From: Eledone cirrhosa
Taxonomy: Eukaryota
DNA: 64,000 bases
Direction: 5' to 3'
Assembly: GCA_964016885.1 (NCBI GenBank)
Contig: OZ024740.1
Coordinates: 78,678,001 to 78,742,000, forward strand
Shown here: piece after piece, positions 12,501 through 27,071 of the stretch
How positions within the stretch are numbered: the first letter of the stretch is position 1
How the letters are laid out: each line of letters opens with the position of its first letter
Made by a program: the position numbers and the translations under genes
The notes under the pieces: generated by a model
What the model saw: only the letters and a program-made list of their open reading frames with translations
Databases searched by the model: none
Told to the model about the DNA's origin: nothing

Positions 12501-14164
12501 AACCAGTTACCAGAACTATAACTGGCTTAATTGGAACTTGTAAGGCTTGATGAAGAGGATGGCAAAAGATTGAAAGACATCACAATACTTCTGTTCTGAA
12601 GTAAGTTTCGAATCAGGTATGTCACCTGCATTGTTGCTTTCTTCAGTATGTCAAACATAGGCTTCATTGCTTGACAAGTTGAAGATTGCTAGGTGACAAA
12701 GTACTAGCTACTCACCAATAAATTTCTTGTCAAACCTATAGCAGTGGAAACATTTGGTGTTCTGGGCCTCCAAACTACCTCCCTACTCAATTTGATTAGG
12801 ATGGGAATGGCCATCTGCAACACCAAGCAGCATAAAGTGAACAGGCTCTTTTAGTACACTTTTTGGGGTAACACACTCACCATTTTGTTCACTGGGACCA
12901 TGAAAGTTTTGCATGGCAAGCTGTGATTCCTTTGTTTATTGCATTTGCAAAATAAAATATATTCTTCACAATTTAAATTTATCTAAGATTGTGGTTTGTA
13001 ACAGTTTTAATAAATTATATATTGTATATCTGTATGAAATTGTTGGAGTCAAACAATAGATGGATATGGAAGGGTGTTATAAGTTTTTTTAATAAGAAAG
13101 ACTATGGAAAATTTATGTTTTGCCCAAGTTTTAGTCCCAAGTCAGACCTTTGATCAGCCATTACTATCCCATCTTTCAATCAAGCATTGAATATCTAGGA
13201 CATTAGCCAATGTGTCCTGCCAGTTTCAGGATGGTAGGATGTAGATTTAAGATAGATTTTTCTACTAATTTAGTAGCAACCATATAGAGGCTCTTTTGAT
13301 AAGATATATTATATACTGGCTTGTTTTCAATATTTATGGTGGGGATATTGTATAGTGGTTTCTAATTATGTAGCAAATTTTAATATGATGGACGCGCACG
13401 CACACACACACACACAGACACACACAAACACACACAAACACACACACACACACACTTTTCTTAACATAATGATTTCTGAAGATTTTCACATCTTTATTAG
13501 GATTGGATTTTATCAATTTATCATCCTAGGTCACTTATCCATTTTGTTAACATATTTCTAATGCTGCCTATGAGTTTTGAAAATAGTGAAGAATTTGGAG
13601 TGTGGAGCATGATTTAACAATGGTTCTTATATAAAATTACTTTTCAAAATAAACAACTTTGTATCATAGCATCTGGGCAGTTAATAGTTTTACCATTGTT
13701 TTACGAGTTCCGTCAGGTTAGGTAACTTGAAAAGTTTTATCCAAACTACTCATGGGTTTCGAATTATGCATCCCCACCTCGCTTATTAAATTTTGCTAAT
13801 CTATCTCCGGTGAAATTTTATTTTAAGTGGTAGCATTCTTCTGATGATTAATTTTTTTTTAGTTATTAAAAACCATTGTACATGTCAAAAAAAGTACATT
13901 ACTAGAAATCCAATGTTCTAAAAGAAATAGGATGGGATGGGGTCTCAATATGTAAACTAAACAACTAATTCTGGTTCTTAAAAAAAATAGAGACAATCTA
14001 GAAAAATCCCCCCCCCCCCCCCCCGCCCCCATCCCCATTATTTGGGATCCAAGAGTACACACTTCAAAAAAGTAAAAGCTGATAGTTTCTCTACTCAGCA
14101 TCTGTGATTTGGTAACTATTTCTGTATATCCTGTTATTTTATTGGGTATGTTTTATAGGTTGTG

Positions 14165-15070
14165 AATCAATTATATTTTATAAACCAAAGTTATACAATG
14201 GATGGAAAATATTAAAAAAGGATAACAAAATCAATGAAAAAAAAGGGGTCATGGTGTAAAGAAGAGCAGATCTGGCAGTATCGGAAAGGAAAGATAAAGA
14301 CTATAGAGGCCATAAATGAGAAGAAAAGAGGTAACGAAGGAAGAAAGGGAGAAGGAGAGAGAGTGACAGACTCTACACCTAGGTTGGGACAGTATTTCGA
14401 CTGCCCTGCAGACAAAACTGCAAAGGCATTTCTGTGGACAATGGTCAGTGACATGTACTGCAACAGCCACCCCACTTGGCAGGGCTCCTTCCTCAGACGG
14501 GCTGTTGATGTTCTGATTTTATGAAAGAGCTTGACTGTAAGAGGTCTGAAAATGCATGATGTCTTGACAGCAGCTGGTGCAAAGAGGCAGTGGCTGGACA
14601 TGCCCGGGTATTTTTTTTACCAATTTCCATCTGTTTTGAAGGTCATATTCATTCAAAACGTAAAAAAATATGAATTTCATCTCCAAAGTGAAATCAGTGT
14701 AATATTCCCCTTCAAAACGAAAATATGTTGACACCTCATTTACTTAGAAGTATATATGGTAAATACTACCAATGTAAAATTTGGTTTTGGGGTTGATAAA
14801 ATAACATACAAGTCCATTGTGGTGGATTGGCAGAATTGTGAGAATGTTAGATGATATGCCTTGTGATATTTGTTCTGGCTCTTTACTTTTTGTGTTCAAA
14901 TCCTGCTATAGTCTACTTAGGAGGTAGACTGCATCCATTGCCTGGTTTAAAACCAACCAATAGGCCTTTAAGTATCTTTAGCAGAGTCCACTCAGTCGCA
15001 AACATTTAAATAGGTCTCTGGTTTGAAGATACTTTCCTCCCTGTTGTCTTGGAAGCCCTGAAAAGGGTCA
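14165..15070 (-). mobile_element. Degenerate LINE 3' region (L1/Tx1-like, tentative), interrupted by a SINE3 remnant
   Basis: 14180-14300 and 14925-15065 are homologous to 17845-17970 and 18007-18150. The minus strand shows a decayed Cys-containing C-terminus, a pyrimidine-rich UTR and an AT-rich end. Confidence 0.45.
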
Positions 15071-17844
15071 GTGGCACTACCATTTCCTCACTGACTAAAC
15101 AGTAAAAAGAAAATATCCAGCATAGAAAAAATAAGATTTGGAAAACATAATACTTATACCATTTATTTGTTTATTTTCTAGTTTTTGATGCTTGTTTATT
15201 TCCATAGTTAGTTGTAGGCGGAGTATTCTACTTATAACTTACATCTCCTCCTCACATCTACTTCTGCACTTAGCTAGATCTTGATGCCTTGAAACTTTAG
15301 TCAAGTTTTGCCAGTAATTAACTAAAGGAAACAGTCTCCTTGCATTGCCTGATAAAGGGTCAAGTATTGAAAGAGATTAACATTGCCTGAATACAGCAAT
15401 ATAAGAAATTGGTAACTACTGCTGCTGCTACCTCCTCTATCACCACCTCCACATCCTTTTTTTTTCTTCTCTAAACATGCCTCATATAGCTTTAGACACT
15501 CTGCAGCAAAAACTCTCTTGAATTTATTTTGTGTCTAATTGATTATTTCAAATAGAATTTGAAGTTGTTTATATTAAATAAAACTTCTTTATTTAGTGGC
15601 AATTGAAATGATGTGAAGTAACATTTAACTATTCTTTGAGAATCAATCAGTTGTATTAAATTACTGCAAGAGTCCATTTAGTAGATGAAATCTATATGGA
15701 AGCACATCATATGTCGTCATCATCATCAGTTTTCTGTCTATTTTTATATCCACTAGTGGGTTGCACAGATCCTTTCCAACACAGCTTCTTTGCTCTTGGT
15801 ACATTCGCTTGTCATCTCCGTTTTGACTGATTCATCGTCCCTGCTGAACCCTTGCATCCCCAAAACTTTCTCAACCCAGGAAATGTTGGGGCATCCCAAA
15901 ATGATGGACACCACCCACCCTACCAGTTGTCCCAAGTAGTATATAAATGCCCCTTTTATACCATCAAGGGAAGCCAGGCACCACAATGTCTTCCATCACT
16001 CTCCAGCTATACAATATCGGTACCCCAGCCTCACCACACACCAGCTTTCATGAACTCTGCACTTGTTGTTTTTGGTCTTCTTCTTCCATGACTTCCTTCT
16101 ACTTAGAATCCTTGGCACTTATTGCCCAAATGTCATCATTCATATGCATTACATGTTGATACCAGTGCAGTTTTCTCTCCCATAGACAACATCTAGATAT
16201 AGGATTCCTCCTATATCTAGATTTTATCTTAACTCATCTATGCTTTGATATTCATGCACAACAATATTAGACATCCAGCAGAACATGCTTGCTTCAGTTT
16301 TCCTGCCTTTGCACATTCTCTGCATTCATATCCATAATTACAAGCCAGTGTATGTCTATATTCAAATAAAACCGTCAATGGCCCTAATCTGTAGACAAAA
16401 CACACTCAGAAAAAATACTGACCTGCATTCATAGTTCTTGTTAAACCAACCATCAACCCATATCCCTATATTCCATAAACCAACCACTAACCAATATATA
16501 TTTTGTAAACTATCCACTAACCTACACCAGCCACTGATCTGGAAAACACAGGCATTATCAAGCTGCAGCCATGTCTGTGTGTCAGTGACATTGTAAGTAT
16601 ATGTTTGTTTAATGGTGAATATATAAAGAACTTCTTAAAAATGATAAGTTAGTAAAGTTTAACAAAAAAAACAACCTTCTCTACATACTTTGTACCTGCA
16701 TAGTGCTTGAAAATTAGTCTTCATTCTAGAACAGCTTTTGACTAGACAGATTTGATGGCTAAACAAACACATATTAGTATTAGAAAGATATTTTTGCTGT
16801 TTTATTTTTTATACCGTATTTCTAATGAAAGGCAGTACCTATAATTTCCAAAACATTTTGTAGATAATGTTGGTGGTGGTCAAGAGAATTGACTTTCTCA
16901 TTATTAAGTCAGTGTTTTGAATATAGCAAAGTTTCTTACAAAAAATTATGATGGAAGGTATTTAGATAACTATAAACACTTTAAAATAAGTAGTTTTGTA
17001 TTGTAAAACCAGGGATGGTTTCAGGTGGTTTACTATCAAAAGTATTATGGGTTGGTAACAAGTTCAAACCTTCCTGTAGCCTTTGTGTTGTGTCCTGGGA
17101 AAACCCCCACATAACTTTGTTTGTCTAATTGACAGCAGGTTCTACTTGTATATCTGTCCAAAGTGATTAGCAGTAGGATGGGCATTCAGCTTAAAATATT
17201 ATTGTTCTTAACAAAACCCTTTCCACGTGTGTTAACATGGATGTCAGACAGTCAAAGTAAATAGTAACTCTTTTAGGTTTTACGAGTAGTATGTTGTTAT
17301 TGAACAACTTTATACCTCAAAGGCAACATAACTAATTTGTTTATTTAAACTGACTTGTTTTTTACTTCAATAATATTGTGCTAAGAATGAAAGGTATTTT
17401 TATTCATTCATATGCTGTTTATGATTAGGATTTTAAAATTGTAATTTTGTTTTTTAAAATGTTTCTATATGAAATATCCTGTTTTAAACATTTAATCATT
17501 AGATATTAAATATGTTAAAAGGTGTCAGCAGAAGGGTATCAGAAATCATTATCTGTATGTGGACTAGTCCCTTTAGAATGTAAGGAGTTAAGGGCTGAAA
17601 CATTTGCAAGCAGGGAAGGTGAAGTGGGGTTCTTCTCTGAAGGTCCAGTGTCTTGCTACTGCTGTGAAAATTGTTTCTTTCCTTTCTGTTATTCATAGGA
17701 GACATTAGAAAAAAATGACTTCCTATGTTTGTTCCAGCCCATGTCAACTTTGCCTTTCATCCTTTTGAGGTTGACAATTAAAGTACCAGTCCAGAGCAAA
17801 ATATATTATTTACCGTTTAACAATTATGTCAAGTATATTTTTTA

Positions 17845-18150
17845 CAAACAGAAATTATACAATGATGGAAATATTAAAAAAAGATAAACTCAAAATTAAG
17901 TAATGAAAAAAAAAGGGGGAAAGGGTAAGGAAGGGCTGATCTGGCTGTATAGGAAAGTAAAGAAGGAAAGGAAGTATTGGCAGTGGATTATATCTACCAC
18001 CCAAGTTGTAGACTTAATCCACTGCCTGGTTTGATACCATTACATGGCTCTTGGGTACCTTTAAAGTAGTCCACTCTGTTGCAAGCATATGGATCATGTC
18101 TCTGGTTTGAGGATACCTCCCTCCCACCAATTTCAAAGGCCCTGAAAAAG
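17845..18150 (-). mobile_element. Second, internally deleted copy of the 14165-15070 repeat
   Basis: Shared blocks TTATACAATG.ATGGAAA.TATTAAAAAA, GTAGACT..ATCCA.TGCCTGGTTT and GTCTCTGGTTTGA.GATAC. Confidence 0.6.
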
Positions 18151-19572
18151 TTATCAAAAAATTTTCTAAACATTGAGGATGATATATATATAATAAAAAC
18201 CTTATTCTGAGATTTAAGTTTATGTTACTACTTTAGTTTTAAACTAATTATATATTTTCGTAGCTGATTCAATTCACATCTACATTCAGATAGTATTTCA
18301 TGATACCTTTCTATATTCAAGTAACCTAAACTGGACTGAATTATCAATCATTGCTTTACTTACAGTTTTTGTTTAACTTTGTTTTATAGTACTATGTATT
18401 ACTTTTTTTTTATATATAGGATAAATATATTCAGAAAGATTAATGGTCTAATTTGTTAATTGTCTGATTAACTGGAATTAATTAGAAAGAAAGATTTATC
18501 ATTTTGCTAGATTTTGAATAGTAGATATTTTAATTTCTCTCTCTTTCTCTCTCATGCACACACATACCACAACAAACCAAGTGTTTTAAGGCTATTTTCC
18601 TTGCTAAAGCAGAAGTTAGCCATGTAGGCCCCATGATATGTGATCACTTTTTAGGCAACTTTTTACAGCTGGATCTTCTTCCTGGAACCAACTCTTTTAG
18701 TCACCTCTTCCAACATGCATGGATATTGTATACCTATTCTAAACCAGATACTCAGTCATATATATATATATATATATATAGGGGTAAGAAACTCTCAAGA
18801 GAGCTGGACAGCAGGCCTTCAGAGAAGACCCCCCCCTACCAATCGAGTGTTTTAGCCCTTAACTTCTCATATATAGTCTGAAAAATGTGACAAAAATATT
18901 GATGGTAAAATCAAAGGTCAATATTTTGTCATTTTTCACCAACTTCAAATTCTACTTTAAAAAAGTGCTAAAATATCTGGAGTGATTATTTTACAATGAA
19001 ACACACATAATTGTGCGCGTGCACACACATATATACGCGCATCAACTGCTTTTCTCTGACTAAATTATACTTTTCTATCTAGCACATGTAAGTAAAACTG
19101 AAATCTTATTTCTGACTTGTATTTTATTGCTCTCTCTCCTTCTCTCTCTTACTTGCTGTCTCTGCATCCCTCTTCTACTCTATGAATCCTTCCCTATACA
19201 ATGTTCTCTTATTTGATCTCTTGCATTCAATTACTCCCAGCATACAAATGACCAGAAGTAAACAAAAATTCATAAAACTTCATTATAAACTGGATGAAAT
19301 GGTAAAAAATCATTACATAAAGTAATTTAAAAACCTATACTCTAAATGACATTTAAAATATCAAAATATTAAAATTTTATAACTATATTCTCCACTCATA
19401 AAAATCTCAAAACCATGCCATCCACACATAATTTTCTTATTATCTGCCTTAGTTTATAAACAAGATTTAGATTTTTGCTTATTTATTAATGAAATAGGGG
19501 ATTGGATTAAATTCGAGTATATATGGTGTGTGTGTGTGTGTGTACACACACACACATGTACATATATATATA

Positions 19573-19786
19573 TTTTTTTGTCAATCGGCTTTCATCAAAT
19601 CGGATCGAGAAAACGTTTCCATAGGTCTTTCCAATTGCTAATACTATCTATCTGTCACAACTCCATGTAGGAGCAACGTGAAATAAAGTGTCTTGCCCAA
19701 CGACATAACGCATCGCCCGGTCCAGGAATCGAAATCACAACCTCATGATTGCGAATCCAATTCTCTAACCACTCAGCCACGCGCCT
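19573..19786 (-). mobile_element. SINE2: tRNA head + 5' half of CORE + unrelated 3' module
   Basis: Homologous over its whole length to 60197-60416. Confidence 0.85.
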
Positions 19787-19794
19787 TTATTTTT

Positions 19795-20131
19795 TCATTT
19801 TTCATTTCATTTTGCGTCCACTTTTCCCTGCTTGCAAGGGTGGGACGGGAACTGATTCTGGCTTGATTTCTACAGCTGGATGCCCTTCCTAACACCAACC
19901 TCATTTACAGTGAGTGCTGGGTGCTTTTTTGCCATGGCACCTCCACGGCCACTTTGTAATGGAATAATAGGGACTGGGGTCCCTATTATCTCATTTCTAC
20001 AGCCGAGTAAACTGGAGCAATGTGAAATAAAGTGTCTTGCTCAAGGAAACAACACATCACCCGGTCTGAGAATTGAACTCACAACTTTCGATTGCAAGGC
20101 CAATGCTCTAACCACTAAGCCATGTGCCTCC
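19795..20131 (-). mobile_element. SINE1, full-length copy
   Basis: Near-identical by eye to 6911-7244 and 32747-33096. Confidence 0.9.
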
Positions 20132-20162
20132 ATATATGCCTTTATATATATATATATATATA

Positions 20163-20275
20163 AGGAGCAGCCAGAAACAGTCCTCTGTTTAGTCCTCCAG
20201 CTAAACGTGCCTCAAATGGGACAAACCCTTCTAACCCATGCTAGCATAGAAGATAGACGTTAAACGATGATGATT
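20163..20275 (+). mobile_element. Short RTE-type 3' tail fragment between (TA)n tracts
   Basis: AACCCATGCTAGCATAGAAGATAGACGTTAAACGATGATGAT. Confidence 0.7.
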
Positions 20276-21199
20276 ATATGTATATATATATATATAAGGA
20301 ACAGTCTTTCATTTAGATATGTGTTGTTAAAGACATGATTAGCTTCATGTTTCAACTTCATTGTTAGAATTGACTGTTATATTTATGTCAAGTCTTCTTT
20401 ATGATGTATGTGGTTGGTGATTATACTGGCTATTGTTCTTGGTAACACTTTGCAATGTAAGTATCTTTCCCATGATTAAATGATTATATTTTTTATTAAT
20501 TTTGTATAATATAGATGTATTGTTCTTTAATATTCCCCACCTAGCTTTGTATTGTGGCATGTTGTGTAGTATGTTGCAATTGTTCCTTGTTATAAATGCA
20601 TGGTGAACCTTTGAGAGGGTATTATACTTGTATGACCATATCTAATATTATTTTACATTCATTTCCCATACTGGCATGGGTTAAACATTATATATTAATT
20701 TCCTTTTACTTTTTCATTGTGAAAGAAGGGCAGTAGCTATAAACCTTTCGTAGGGCCTCATAGTAAGTGGTAGGAAGCTAAGAAAATGTATATAGACCTG
20801 ACCAAAATGCTTACAACAACATAGACTCTAAGTGCATCCAAGATGCCATATGGTGGTCTTAAACTGAGTGACAGATTATGTCTACCATCCAAGAAATCCA
20901 CAATGGGATTTGAACTCAGAATATAAAGAGCTGGAAAAAGATACTGCAACATCTAGTCTGATGCTCTAACAATTCCCTCAGTACACCATCTTGGATTACT
21001 ACTTTATTTTATTGACCCTAAAAATATGAAAGGCAAAGTTTCCCACAGTAGGATTTGAACACAGATTGCAGAGTTGGAGCAGATATTACAAATCATTTTG
21101 TGATGTGTTCTAATGACTCAGCCAAATTGTCACCAATAATTATATGTTATATGGTGTAGATAAGTCTCTTCTCTCTCGTTGAGCATATGACTACCTCTC

Positions 21200-21500
21200 C
21201 AGTGTTGGTACCATGATAAAATACACTTAATACACTCTGTAATGTAGTAATACTGGTACCTTGGCAAAAAATGCAGCCAGTACACTCTGAAGTAGTAGTG
21301 CTGGTGCTATAATAAAATGCATTCAGTATACACTAAAGCGGTTTGTGTTATAAAGGGTATCCAGCTACAGAAACCATGCCAAAATATGGAACATATGAAG
21401 AGGATGTGGTCTGTTAGACCTGTCTAGACTTTAATGATGACAACTTGTACAATTTATCCCAGCATAGAAAACAGCCGTTAAATGATAATGATGATAATAT
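21200..21500 (+). mobile_element. Degenerate RTE 3' UTR with ~4 tandem 41-bp units (similar at 4597-4725, 50811-51030, 56270-56580)
   Basis: Repeated TGGT.CCA..ATAAAA.GCACCCAGTACACTCTGTAA, then AAGGG.ATCCAGC and an (ATG)n-like tail. Confidence 0.65.
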
Positions 21501-22794
21501 ATGTGTGGAACAAAACACTCACAAACACAAACTGGCATATCAAATAGTAAGTTGTCATCATTGATCTAAAGGTATCAGGTGATACCACTACTATATTAGG
21601 ATCTTATTGCAGCTGCCTGCCTTTCTGGTAGCCAACAACAACAAAAGAAAAGGTTTATTTCATCTTTTTTTTTACTGTCTTTTATTTCGAATTGTTAATA
21701 AAGTTGCTAAGAGCTTCTTATATTGATGGCACTGAGATTGGCCAAAGTTGACATTTGTTGATCTTTTGATAGTAACACTTGATGAAAATAAATAAAATGG
21801 AGATGACCATCTTCTTGTCATTCAGAAAAAAAAAGCAAACAAGTAGCTTGAAGAATTTTAGAAAAAATGTCTAATCTAGACACTACAAGCATTTAATGAT
21901 GGTAGGTTTCCTTTAGCTTGAATGACAGCTGTTGAGAAAATATTCTTTTATTGTAACAGAATCTTTTCTATCTTAAGAAGTAAAAATAAATAAATAGATA
22001 GAAAAAAAAATGAAGTTCCATGTGTATTTGTACTTAACATGAATGTAAATGTTTGAGACTGTGTGTGTATGTAATTAGATATGTATGTGTGTATTATGTG
22101 TAAATACATGTGTATATGTATATATATGTGTGTGTATATATATATATTATGAATATATATATATATATACACACACACAGGAAGTGGTCAATCATGAACA
22201 TGTCATTCTGTTTAAATGCCAGGTCCCTATTGATATCAAAGTGAAGACTCAAAAATTTCAAGTCACCCTACAAAACTGACTTTGTTTATATTTGATATGT
22301 GTTTTTGGACCTATATTTGTTTATATTTTGTGTTTATTATTATTTTTTCTTCCCTTGTCTGTGTGTGGTGGATGATGGCTAGTTTTGAATCTTTACATTA
22401 TTTATTTATGTTCCCAGAAAAAAAAAGTTAGGTGTGCTTAACTTAACTGTTTGCATATCTGCTGCCTGTTAAAAAGGGTAGAGAGCTTGTAAATCAAAAC
22501 TTTCATAGACTTGAAGTAAAGAGATCTGAATGTTTGATATGAAATGTTGTGCATTATATTTTATAGTATTCAGGTGTTGAATTCTTTATTATATCAATGC
22601 GTATAAAGATTTTGTTTGAAATTATATTTTCTTAGATTTTTTTTGTATTTTAATTTTGAACTATGTTAGCATGGGCTCAGCTATGGCTGTGTGGTTAAGT
22701 AGTTAGCTATACAACCATTTGATTCCAAGTTCAGTCCCACTGCATGGCACCTAGAACAAGTGTCTTCTACTAAAACCTCTTGTATTTGAAATTT

Positions 22795-23215
22795 GATAGA
22801 TGGATGCTGCATGGTAGTGCAACATGGGCTGTGACTGCAGAGGACGTGTGTAGACTGGAGAGAAATGAAGTAACCATGCTCTATTGGATTTGCAATGAAA
22901 GTGTGAGAGAGAAGCAGAGCTTAGACAAGTTGAAATTTGAGGTGGTGAGCAGGAGAGAAGACTGCGTTGGTTTGGACATGTGATGTGCATGGACAATGAT
23001 CGTTGGGTAAAGAAGTACCAGAAAATGCCAGTGGAAAGAAGTCAAAGTAAGGGTAGACCAAGAAAGACCTGGGCAGAGGTTGTGAGAGATTACCTCAAAT
23101 CAGTAAGAATCACAGAGATGCTGAAGGATTGCAATGTCTGGAGAGATGCTGTGCTGAGAAGGACCCGTCCAACCCATGCAAGCCTGGAAAAGCAAACATA
23201 AAAACGATGACAATG
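22795..23215 (+). pseudogene. RTE-A-like ORF 3' fragment, decayed
   Basis: [46 protein letters not shown]. Confidence 0.85.
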
Positions 23216-23944
23216 AGGGAAACTGTGTGTAAACCCATTGCACTTATATGACACAGTTATCAGCCAAGTGTTGTAATTAGGTAGTGTTGATGTTATGATA
23301 AAATACTCCCAGTCCACACTGTAAACTTGTACTTAATTTATTAATCTCTTTTTTGTTGAACCACCAAATCGCAGGACATAATAAACACACATGCGCACAC
23401 TCACATACGCGCACTCACACACGCGCATACGTGCACTCATATGCTCACACTCACACGCATGCACATACTCACACACACGCACTCACACGCTCATTAAGTT
23501 TAACATGACAAAATTTCACATGAATGTTTTAACTGATTATTGACCAATTACATATGCTTAACAGATGATTGGCTCAAGGTTCACATTTGTGTTATAGACC
23601 CAACTCTAGCATCAATTTTGGCAGGCTTCTACAGTTTTCATTTATCAAATTTCATTCACAAAGCATTGGTCAGCCACCAAGCTGAGGCTATATAGTAAAA
23701 TACACTTGTTGAGAGAGGTTGCAAAGCAAGCTCTTTAACCACACAACCATGCCTACACACATATATGGTCCAGCCCATGCCAACATGGAAAAACGGCTGT
23801 TAAATGATGCTGCTGATGATATATATCTGGTTTATCTTGTTGAAATGCTGCAAATGTGTCAATGCTTTTTGCATAATGTCAGCAACTGTATGGAATACAT
23901 TTAGATATCTCTGAAGGGTAATTATGAAGTTATTAATTTACGAC

Positions 23945-24452
23945 TCTTTCTCTCTCTACCACTCTCTCTATTTCTCTCTTTTTTCTCTTTCTTCTCTTTT
24001 CTCTTTCTTCTCTTTTCTCTTTCTTCTCTTTTCTCTTTCTTCTCTTTTTTTCTCTTCTCTTTTTTTCTCTTCTCTTTTTTCTCTTTCTTCTCTTTTCTCT
24101 TTATCTTTCTCTTTTCTCTTCTCTTTTTTTTCTTTTCTCTTTTTTTTTCTTTTCTCTTTTTTTTCTTTTCTCTCTTTTTTCTTTTCTCTCTTTTTCTTTC
24201 TTTTCTCTCTTTTTCTCTTTTTCTTTTTTCTGTCTTTTTTTATTTCACAATTTCTCTCTTTCTATCATTACTTCTCTCTTTCTCCTCACTACTACCCCTC
24301 TTCCCCCTCTCTTTCTCTTGTTCCCCTTTTCTCCCTTTCCCACTCCTCTCTCTCTTTCCCTCACTACTTCTTATTCTTTCCTCTCTCCCTTACCCCTTCT
24401 TTCTCTCGCTTACCCTCTCTTTCTATTTCACTCTCTCTCACTCACCTCTCTC
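23945..24452 (+). repeat. Polypyrimidine (CT/TTTC) low-complexity tract
   Basis: About 500 bp that is almost purely C/T. Confidence 0.95.
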
Positions 24453-24720
24453 AAATCTAAAGATAGGTAAAACCCCACAAAGCCACACAGATTTGAATTT
24501 CTTTGTTGATGACTTCAGTTACTTAATCAGACCAATCATATCTAATCTTTTTATTGCTATTTTACCATTTCATATGAAATTATCTGAGTGTGTTAGCTAA
24601 GAAAGATAACCATTAATACTTATGGGAAATGAAAAATAATTTTCTATCAATGGTTTCCTTCATGACTTAGTAAATTTACTACTGATACTACAGTACTATA
24701 TTTCAAACACAGCTGGCTTA

Positions 24721-25273
<553 letters not shown>

Positions 25274-25413
25274 TTGTTATACTTTGGGAGGGTCATGTTG
25301 CCAATAAGAAACACACGCACCAGTTGCTTTCACTTCAATTTAATTTATTATATATTTATAAATTTCTGGTTGGTTGGTTGGTTCCACAACCAGATAGTTG
25401 TTTATATATATAT

Positions 25414-25458
25414 AGTCATAGTTCTTTCGTCACACACTCTGTGACCTCTTCAGTGACT
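25414..25458 (-). ncRNA. Minimal type I hammerhead ribozyme in the PLE1 pLTR
   Basis: AGTCA-CTGAAGA-G-GTCACA-GAGTG-TGTGAC-GAAA-GAAC-TA-TGACT: stem I, conserved core, 6-bp stem II, vestigial stem III. Confidence 0.8.
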
Positions 25459-25766
25459 GGGGATTTCTTTCTTCGTTTCTGTGCCTTTCTTTTCTTCTAC
25501 TATCCTACGCCATTTTGTTTGTGTGTGGGTTGCGTGCTCAGTTTGCGCATGCGCCACATCCGGGTGTCTGTGTGTGTTTGTGTTCATTTTTCTATTTTTC
25601 TATTTATATTTTTCTATTTGTTTGTTTATTTATTTATTTATTGTTGGTTGGTTGTTTGTTCTATGTGTGTGTGTGTTTTCATTTTGTCTTGTGTGTGTTT
25701 TCATTTTGTGTGTGTTTTCAATTGTAAGTTGTTTGTTCTATGTGTGTGTGTGTTTTCATTTTGTCC

Positions 25767-26842
25767 TTAATTGTAAGTTGTGATGTTGCTGTTCCACTCA
25801 TATTTTCTATTTAATTTTGGTTTTAATTCTTTTATGCTTACTGCCTCTGTAATTTGCCTAAACATTGCGTCTTTCTTGTGTGTGGATTCTATTTTTATTT
25901 CTATGCTCTCTAATTTACCCCTGTGTTCTATCTTAGCATGTTGGTAGAGCACAGATGATTCTTTATTATCTTGGAGGTCTCGCCAGTGTTCATTTATTCG
26001 TTCCCCTATACTACGAGCTGTCTCACCTATGTACACTATATTTTTGTTTCTACATTGTCCTTCAGTACATCTTATGCTATATACTACATTTCTAGTTTTA
26101 CAGTTAATATGGGGGCTTATTTTACATGTTATACATTTCTTATCTATACATGAGGGTCTTTGGAACGGGTATGTCTTGCTAATAAGTGTTTTTACGGAGG
26201 TACCAGGTCTTTCTACTATCTTAATATTGAGATTATGTTTCTTTAGGGCCCTTCTAAATTTGTAGGCTAGTTCGCCTCTAGGGGTTGTATTGATGAACAT
26301 TACACTCTGGTATTTATTGCTATCATACCATGAGTTTATTCTATTGGCCTTGTTCTTAGTTCTTTCTATTCTATTCCAAAATTTGCTCCTATACAAGGGG
26401 CAGGTCCCATTTATGTCATTATTTACCATTTTTTCCCATTTGGTTCTGGCTCCTTTATACACTCTGATTCTATCTCTCTGATTGTAGCCAGAGAACTGCA
26501 TACGGTGGATGAAGTGTTGTATGTGTCTCTCTAGTTCTTCGGGGTTGCACATGCGGGACACATTTCTCATCACCCGTACCAAATCCGCAATCAGTATGTT
26601 GATTTTGGTATGGTCCGAAATGGCCGAGTTTCGGTGGATCAGATGTTTGGAAGTCATGGGTTTGGCATAATGGGAATGGAGGATTTGTTTTTGGTTGTTA
26701 ATTGTATCTAACCAGAGCTCTGTGTCTAGTACAGGTAATCGATGGTTGGGGTGTCTACTTGGGTAGTCTATAGTAACTCTAATGCTCTGGTGGATGGAGT
26801 TTGCTATTTGCTGGATGCTTTCCATTGTGTTTTTCTCTACAT
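25767..26842 (-). CDS. Penelope-like RT (C-terminal part), Cys-rich linker and GIY-YIG endonuclease; partial but open
   Basis: [15 protein letters not shown]; [11 protein letters not shown]; [23 protein letters not shown]; EAVSI..PKLN. Confidence 0.88.
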
Positions 26843-26936
26843 TTATTGGCAACATGACCCTCCCAAAGTATAACAATATCGGTTTCAACACACGATTTCA
26901 GATAAAGAATCTTGCTAAACAAATTCAGAAACGAAA

Positions 26937-26937
<1 letters not shown>

Positions 26938-26990
<53 letters not shown>

Positions 26991-26992
26991 CA

Positions 26993-27068
<76 letters not shown>
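26938..27068. repeat. (TA)n microsatellite with C interruptions
   Basis: Read directly. Confidence 0.98.

Positions 27069-27071
<3 letters not shown>

Larger units (their letters stand above)
25271..26937 (-). mobile_element. Penelope-like element PLE1, 5'-truncated, with pLTR and an inverted 5' segment
   Basis: RT C-terminal part plus GIY-YIG ORF, a hammerhead at 25414-25458, and a 37-bp inverted repeat at 25271-25307 / 26843-26879. Confidence 0.9.

Noticed and set aside
23924-24460. 178-aa F/S/L-rich ORF
   Set aside because: Translation of the polypyrimidine tract.
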